A DNA stretch of 64,000 nucleotides from Anthoceros angustus (Eukaryota; Plantae; Anthocerotophyta), in assembly GCA_010909165.1 (NCBI GenBank), contig VJWM01000240.1, positions 191,423-255,422 of the forward strand, in the 5' to 3' direction. The notes beneath the pieces were generated by a model, which made no database searches, had not been told where the DNA came from, and worked only from the letters and a program-made list of their open reading frames with translations. The position numbers and the translations under genes were made by a program. Of this stretch, positions 56,801 through 64,000 are shown one piece after another (positions within the stretch are counted from its first letter, which is position 1; the number at the start of each line of letters is the position of its first letter).

Positions 56801-58665
56801 AGTACGCTACGAAACTCCTCTTTCTCTCTTAGATACCTAGAAATTGACTACCTTGCCGTTCTAACTCTAAGTCTTCACGACGGGTCTATGTCCTTCCCGA
56901 TCACACTAATGGTTCCTGATCCCTCCTCGTGAAAATCACGATCATAGGCTTTACCCTTCCAAAAGGCTACTCCCTCTCTATGTGCCTCATCTTCTGACTC
57001 TTCTACGACATCTACGCAAGCATGACTCCAAATCAACTTTATTTCGCACGGCTCAAGGTCCCGACAGCACCCGCCCGAGGAGCTTACTCGTGCTACCCGA
57101 GGTGTACCGTGACTGGAGTGACTCATAGGGAGCCTTGCTCCATGACACAAAAGCGATCACCGCAGTCCTACCCTATTGGACTTGAAGGTGATGCCACGAC
57201 CAAAATCAAAGACACATGCAAGACTACAACCAAGGCCCGCTTATCAAAACCTTATAGCCTAAATCAAACCGGCCGCATCACAATGGGTGGAAGGTGGAAG
57301 CAACACCAAAGGCTTCCTTCTTGTTTTGGCCATCCGAAAAACACTGGGTGGAACTCGTGAACCCAAGGTTGATGAGTTGTCTCTTCCGTCATCAAGTTGA
57401 CTCGATCCGAATCCAATGGCACATTGGGCACCAAGCATCCTGCAATTTCAACCTCAATCTCGGTGCCCTAAATCAACAAGTTCGACCACATTTACCTCCA
57501 TTGCTTTCTCACCCCACTACTTGGATTCCTCCGATCGCCCTTCACAATTTGATCTTTGACCACCGCAAGCAACTCCTGCCGACCACAAATTCGCGGTCAA
57601 GCGCCGTACAAAGCTGGAGATCTTATCCGAAGGTTTCTCCCGTTTGCAGCTCGACTGGTCGGCTACCTTATTGGTAAAGTTCGATTCCATGATCCTCTGG
57701 TGGGACCCTATACCCGTGATCAACACGGCCCGCCACCTCCTTCTCACGGCCGGGTGAGCTTGTTCACTCGTCCTCCAAAGATCGCCGCCGCCGCCGGAGC
57801 CGGAGGAACGCAGCGGTTCGTTCCTCTCCCTTTTAGCCCTTCTTCGTTCGCTCAGGTAGATCACGCCTGCCTACCGTAGGGGTGCCGACTCGGGTAGTCC
57901 GCTCGGCCGCTTGGTGGGCCTGCCTTTCTCCTTCCCATCAACGCTGCCTCCGAGGAGGCCAAGGTGAGTCGTCCTCACCTTCCTCCTCTTCCTTTCCTCC
58001 CGCCACGCCATTTTCCGCCCACCTTTCTCTGCCGCTCCGATCTGGTGGTTACTTTGGCCACCATCAACCTTCATCCGCGCTCATCTCTCCTGCACCCTTC
58101 TTCCACAATCCTTGGATCTGCCGAGGAATCAATTCCGCCTCCACCTTCAAGACGGTGTCGTGGGTCACGTGATCGCGGGAGTTGGGTCGTGCTTCCTCCG
58201 CCAGGTTCCGAACTCGACCCCGGTCCGGTGTTACTCGCGCCACTCCCGAGCACTTGGGATCCCCCATCTTATGCCCCAATTCCTTGCAGACTTGACAAAA
58301 GGGTACATAACCCACTTGTTTTCGTGGTTCTGGGCACTCGTTGGAGTAGTGGCCTGGCGCTCCGCAATTGTAACAGCATCCTTGTGGAATTGCCATCGGC
58401 CTCTGTGATGAATCCGGTCTCCACGGTCCTGGTGATGTTGGTCGCGATCCATACCTCGAGGGAACGGGTGTAGCAGGCTGGTAAGTCGCCCTCATTGATT
58501 GAGGTGGCCGACTTCCAATGACCACTTGCACCTAGTAGGCTTCATCCACGTACCAATAGTCACCTGCCATGACGGTTTCCACATGATTTACCGCATGTCG
58601 TGGTGCGCGAATACATTCCCTGTTGGTGTGTCCCGTTTGATGACAAATTGAGCAATACACAATTT
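53813..58665 (-). pseudogene. gag 3' part and pol of the minus-strand host Ty3/gypsy element
   Basis: CYNCGAPGHYSNEC knuckle (~58350), VPLDS protease (~57420), KDHHPLPFMD and MEVFLDDF RT (~56310-56540), ALKYLVNKPDLSGRIARW RNase H (~55690), TPYYLTYG...LRLRWMGPY integrase end (53813-54238). Confidence 0.9.
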
Positions 58666-60489
58666 TGCATCTGAAGCACAAGGAGGCTCGTACTCTCGGC
58701 TATGCGATATTAAGAGGCACACCAAACCCGTGAGGTCAAGGTTATCACCGCGCGACTCCGAACATATGTGGCTGGCCTTAAAGGAGCACCAATTTAAAGT
58801 CTGTTAAGCGGTTGAACAACCTCGCTCCAAAGACCAAATAAAATTACAAGGGAAGATGATTAGCGCTGAAAGTTAAGTAAACAGATTCTACTTCCATGTG
58901 GGAAACCAAGATGGCTTGGAGTTCTTAACGATACCTGACACGGTTATTGGACCGGCACCATTGATGGCCCTTCGTGCAAAGACAAAAGGGAGTGAAGGTG
59001 GGCTCACCGCATGCAAGAGACCACCCTACTAAGGGCTTGCTCAAGCCGCCAACATATTTGAATGCGGATGAAGAGGAGGTGGATTGAATTCGAAGGATCG
59101 AGTGAGATCGCAACTATTGTGACAACAACATTGGACTAGTCTTAACTAATGGAAATGGTATGACTTCGGAGTTACTTGTGTCCTCACGCACGTCACCGAC
59201 GAGGCTATTCTTGACTAAGCATTACTCCGAGAAGTACCACAAAGAGATATGTCATTTCACTTGCAACGCCACAAGAGGAGGTGGCAAGGATGAATGGGGA
59301 TGTCATGGAGATTCGAAAGGCATGTTCATTGTCACTCCTTGCGAGGAGACACTCAGAAAGCATTTTGGTTGCAAAGGTTGTTGTGTGCACCGAACTCGCA
59401 CCCTTTCTTACGTGTGCATTGGTGGAGAACAGAGCAGAGATGCTTACGAGGGCAAGTATGTTGGAGAATACGTAGAGAACGAATGGCGACCAAGCACCAA
59501 CATCGAAAGGAAAAGGGGAAAAACTCAAGACCTCCAAACATCCGGATAATCTTCGTCAAAAACGTTATCGCCTATTATGGGTTCAAGTTGAACTCAAGGA
59601 AACATCTATATGCATCGATAAGAAAGTAATTAGGAGAAGTCGAGTGCCCTTCGTCCCCATCTCGCAACCATGCACTCGATGTCCAAGATGAAAGCGATGA
59701 CGATTGTAACGAGGAGAAGGAGGTAAATGGAGAAGGTCTAGACTGAGAAGAGTGATCAACCAGTCGTAATGCAGAACTCCAATGGACTTGCATTTTAGCG
59801 TATGCCCATGTAACGATTCTTACATAGTGGGCATATTGGGGTATTGTCCGTCGAAGGTCATATCCGATCATCGCAGATAGGCAGGCTGGGCATGCCGCCC
59901 ATTATTATCTTCATAAGCTATCTATTATATTACACATTTGAATTTCTCCATCCGCATGAATGCAAATCTCTTTGCCCGCCGTAGTCGTTGCGTGTGAAGG
60001 GTTTAAACCAAACCCGCGCTTGTTTAGTTATCGCTTGCATTGTCATTGATTCAAACGCTTTGTAGTCAAGACCACTAAGAGTTCCGATGCCGCCCTTACT
60101 CCCCGCCCGACCGCGAGCTTCCCACACACATCTTGACATAATAAAGCTCAATGAAGTAGAGCCATGACAAACTCAAGGATGGTATTCAATCACGGGAGGC
60201 TCTCTTCACCATGTTTCAAATCTCATACCCTAAACTTATCCATATTTCACCTTCCATCACCCACAAATGGCGACATTATGGGTATTATTTAGAAAACTAC
60301 TTGACCATGGAAGTCAATGACCATCAACACTAGAACACATCTCAGTAGGGCTGTATCTTAGACCCTATTTTTCCAAACATTGGCTATTACCAGCAAAACC
60401 CATTTCGCTGCCCATCGAGAAGCCCCTTCACCATATATATTCTATAAGCCCTTCTTGTATATGAGCCGCTTCAAATATTATCTTTGAAG

Positions 60490-60810
60490 TGACATAGGAT
60501 TGACATGGAACCAGGAGCAATCCCAGTAAGGATTCCGCAGTACAAGTTAAATCCGAAGTACTCCCTCAAGGTGAAGGATCAGTTGGAGATGTATCTCAAG
60601 GCGGATGTGATCTATCCTATAGTCAATACCGAATGGGTGGCTCCAATCGTGGTAATACCTAAGAGACAACCATGCAAAATCCGGGTCTGTCAGGACTGGC
60701 GGAGGTTGAATAAAGTCACCAAGAAAGATCACTTTCCATTACCCTTCATCGATAATATCCTAGATCTGGTCGCAGGCAGGATGGCGTATTCATTCTTAGA
60801 TGGTACTCGG
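60490..60810 (+). pseudogene. Isolated 5' RT fragment of the guest gypsy family, in opposite orientation to surrounding gag
   Basis: MEPGAIPVRIPQYKLNPKY...CQDWRRLNKVTKKDHFPLPFIDNILDLVAGRMAYSFLDG, nearly identical to the 47640-47915 copy. Confidence 0.9.
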
Positions 60811-60828
60811 GTTACTAACCGGGTTGCA

Positions 60829-62300
60829 CGCAATTATAACAACATCCTGTGGAATCGCCATCGGCCTTTGCCTCCATTGCGATGGCGTCGTGATCCATAC
60901 CTTGAGGGAACCGTGTGGTTGGTAAGTCGCCTCATTGATTGAGGTGGCCGACCAGCTGACCGCAGCACTGTAGGCTTCATCCACATACCAATAATCTCGG
61001 CATGACGGTTTCCACATGACACATGTCGTGGTGCGCAATACATTCCTGTGTGTCCCGCTTTGATGACAGATTGAGCAATACACCAACTGCCCCGTGAGGA
61101 GATCTTCGTGGAGCTTGATTCTTCACCGCTTTGACCTCTAACTCAGTCAACCTCTTGGTCAAAGCCTCCACTTGTCCAAGAATCCCTCCTCCTCTGCAGA
61201 CGCTTTCCCCCTTCTCCATCCGACGGACCGCCTTCCCTTCCTCTCCTTCTCCAATGCGCTGCCCGCCTCTTCTTGCCTTTTGACCTTCTCCTGTGTCCTT
61301 CTTCATTCCGCTCAGAGGCCTTCTCGATTCTTCATCCGATGTGGAGCTTTCGAGTTCCGCCTCCCCTCGATGAGGACGAGGGCGACGAGCTGGAGGAGGC
61401 AGAGGAAGACGAGGAGCTAGATCTCCTCGATCCTTTCCTCTTTTTTTGACTTCGCCTCTTCTTTCTCCTCCTCCCCAACTTGGCGGACTCCCATTCCTCA
61501 GCCAAGCGGAGGGCTCCTGCCAACGTCTTCGTCCCACGTCTGCAGTGCACCTCCATTTTTCGCGATATGCCACTCACAAACCAACCAACGCTTGCTCTTG
61601 TGAGTACCCAGAGGTGGGTGGATCTCCCGGCCTCTCGGGTGCACATTTCGGAACTCGATCCAGATATCCGTAAAACCTTTCCACATAATCGAACAAAGAT
61701 TCTCGCTTCTACGAAGGGTTCTCCGCTGGTGTGGTGTGCGAATGAGCCCTCGAACCGATTCAAGAAGGCCGCTTTGAAGAGCTTCCCAACCACGGCCACC
61801 GCATTGTAGGTGCGACCATACCATGCAGCGTGCCCTCTCGCAGTCCTAAAGATGCGCGATCGGCGACTCCATCCTCCAAATTAGCGTGGGAGACGTGCTC
61901 GAAAGTTCTTACAAACGCCCGCTCATTCTTCTTCTTCTCGCCAATTTGACGCGTCGGGTCAGGCTCCTCCTCCACCAACTCCACTCATGTTGCTCGCAGT
62001 GCCACGCCAACGCTTCTTCTTCGGTAACAGAAATGATCGGGATCCTTGAGTGCGGAAATCTTCTACCAACGAAGGAGTAGCGACCTCCCTTGTGGTTCGT
62101 CCCAAGATCAACTGATCGAGATTCGATCGAGACGTTCCGCCAAGTCCTCCGACCAGGCCTGAAATTCCCCACTACTGACGACCTCGCCGTCACCGCCACT
62201 GGGGTGGTCTCACCGCTCGAGAAACGCGACGTGGAAATCGCAGCGACGGTGTGGGTCGCTCGGAGTGCGCCTTCCTCGCCGACACCACCCTCTTCCACGA
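60829..62300 (-). pseudogene. Ty3/gypsy gag 5' region
   Basis: FVRTFEHV, KAAFLNRF, ALRLAEEWES followed by K/R- and S-rich tracts and KLTELEVKAVK; continues into sequence homologous to 58365-58665. Confidence 0.7.
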
Positions 62301-64000
62301 CCTCCTTCCTCTCGCTTGGTGATCTCCCGCCTCCACCTCCGCCCGCCTCCGCCGCTCGGAGTCACTTCTTCCGCGATCAACTCGTCTTCCTCCGCTGCCT
62401 GTAGCGAGGGCCTTCCGATTCCGCAAGCTCAGAATTTGATAAAGGGTGACCTCTATGGTCTCTTGAGATCCTCCCCTACGACATCCGCAAACATCCTCAT
62501 GTCCTCCAACCCACTTGTTAAGAAGGAAGCAACCCACACCCTTTGTGTCTCAACCATTCACCCCTATGACAACTTAGGCAAGTTCCTTCTTCACAACATA
62601 TGGTCGACCCTTTTGAAAACATTCCGCAGCTAGCGATGGAAACCACAAACTTCAAATTTTTCAACAAGTCCCCAAGAACGCGCCAAAAATGTGGTAGGGA
62701 AAACCGGGCACTCAGGTCCTCCCACTATAGCGCCACACTTATCCCACCGCCGCTCAGACGCTGGGTTTCGTCCCATGAGACTTGTGTGAAAGTTCGAGGT
62801 CTGTGATAACCGATCACACCGCAGAGACACAACTCACCTTCTAAACAGCAAGGCGCCTCTACTCACCTCTTACAGCACCACTAATCGCCGAAAATCGCCA
62901 ATCCTCAACCTACAACGACACAACAGTGTGTCCCGCCTTAGAGAGGAGCCTATCACGGCGCCTGTGGACCCCCGATCCACACCGCGATTTCGCCTACTTA
63001 AGACCACTCTTCCACTCTGGAGCGCTTTACTTGCATTTGGGATTCGTCCCTTAGGCTCGCCTGTGGCCTTCCACTAACACCTACACCTCTAATCCTCTAC
63101 TCATTTGTGATTTTCAGGTTTCTTGAGGATCTTGTTCAAGCCCCCACACTCTCACCTTTCGCCAAGACATACACTGTAAGCAACTAAAAGCACCAAACAA
63201 AGCTAACAAAGCAGCAAAGCCACAAAACAAAGAAACTATATATAATGAAGTCACGAAATGACACGATCAAACAAGCATTGAAACAAAGAATGAAATCGAA
63301 TTACTGCGGTATTATCCGATTCTACGATCGGATATTCTTCAAGCCGCCCAAACTCTGCATGACAAAACATCGAAATAATTAAGCGAAGGAAGCTACAAAA
63401 GTGACAAAACATTATTGCTAATCTACAAGACAATGAATGCGGAGATAAGCAAACTTATGAGCGAGAAAAGAACCAACACAAAGGTAAAGTAACCACAAAG
63501 AGCGCAAAAACATACAATGGAATGACACGGAAATCAATGGTGAGCTTGAAAGCCCTAAGCGGAAGACACAACCAAACAAAAAGCAGTCGTACGATTATTA
63601 CTTTCCAGTATACATTGATTAAGTCCGGATCTTTTCAAGCTTAGCAAACCACCATCGAAACATACGGACGTGAGGCCGAAAGAAAGATAAGGAAACTCAC
63701 GGGAAGATGCATAACATCTTCCGAGGACAATCAAGCCAAATGTTAAACGCGAAACAAATGTATCCGAGCGGTAGCAACAAAATAAGATGGAAACTTGCGG
63801 TGGTAGAAGATGAACATAGTGAACAGACTGACAAACTCCAACAAACGATAAAAGATAAAAGACCAATTATCCATCTAAACAATGCAAGTCGCGGGCGTGG
63901 CGTAAATGAAACACGAGCGCTCATACTTCAATGTCCAACCGGTAACTAAAACTACCTACTAGCCTCCGGTGGAGCCTTGATTGCCTTTATATTGGTTTCG

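Noticed and set aside
62955-64000. Possible 5' LTR and PBS of the host element (minus-strand CCACA|GGCGCCGT at 62963)
   Set aside because: The sequence beyond 62963 does not match the 25821-28034 LTR, so a paired 5' LTR cannot be supported; the A-rich end of the window remains unassigned.

Overview
Eukaryotic land-plant nuclear DNA with short GT-AG introns and no prokaryotic features. A bryophyte, possibly a hornwort, is suggested by the WW-type PG box of the PPR editing factor; this is inference. Positions 1-25.4 kb hold five protein genes: an intronless orphan coiled-coil gene, a 1476-aa PLS-class PPR protein (about 38 motifs, E1/E2, truncated before DYW), a 9-exon WD40 gene, a 7-exon Mpv17/PMP22 gene and a 3-exon rubredoxin-like gene. 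A Ty1/copia remnant and repeat-derived DNA lie between them. Positions 25.8-62.3 kb are a nested Ty3/gypsy complex. An older minus-strand host element has its 3' LTR at 25821-28034, pol at about 53.8-57.5 kb and an extra long coiled-coil ORF downstream of integrase. That ORF is split by a 19.2-kb plus-strand LTR-internal-LTR-internal-LTR tandem flanked by a single GGAGT target-site duplication; removing the insert and one TSD restores the reading frame. The guest LTRs carry an antisense coding-like tract. Several 1.2-1.7 kb duplications have 6-9 bp junction microhomology. Repeat copies differ mostly by 1-3 nt indels, so part of the apparent decay, and possibly some duplications, may be long-read assembly error.
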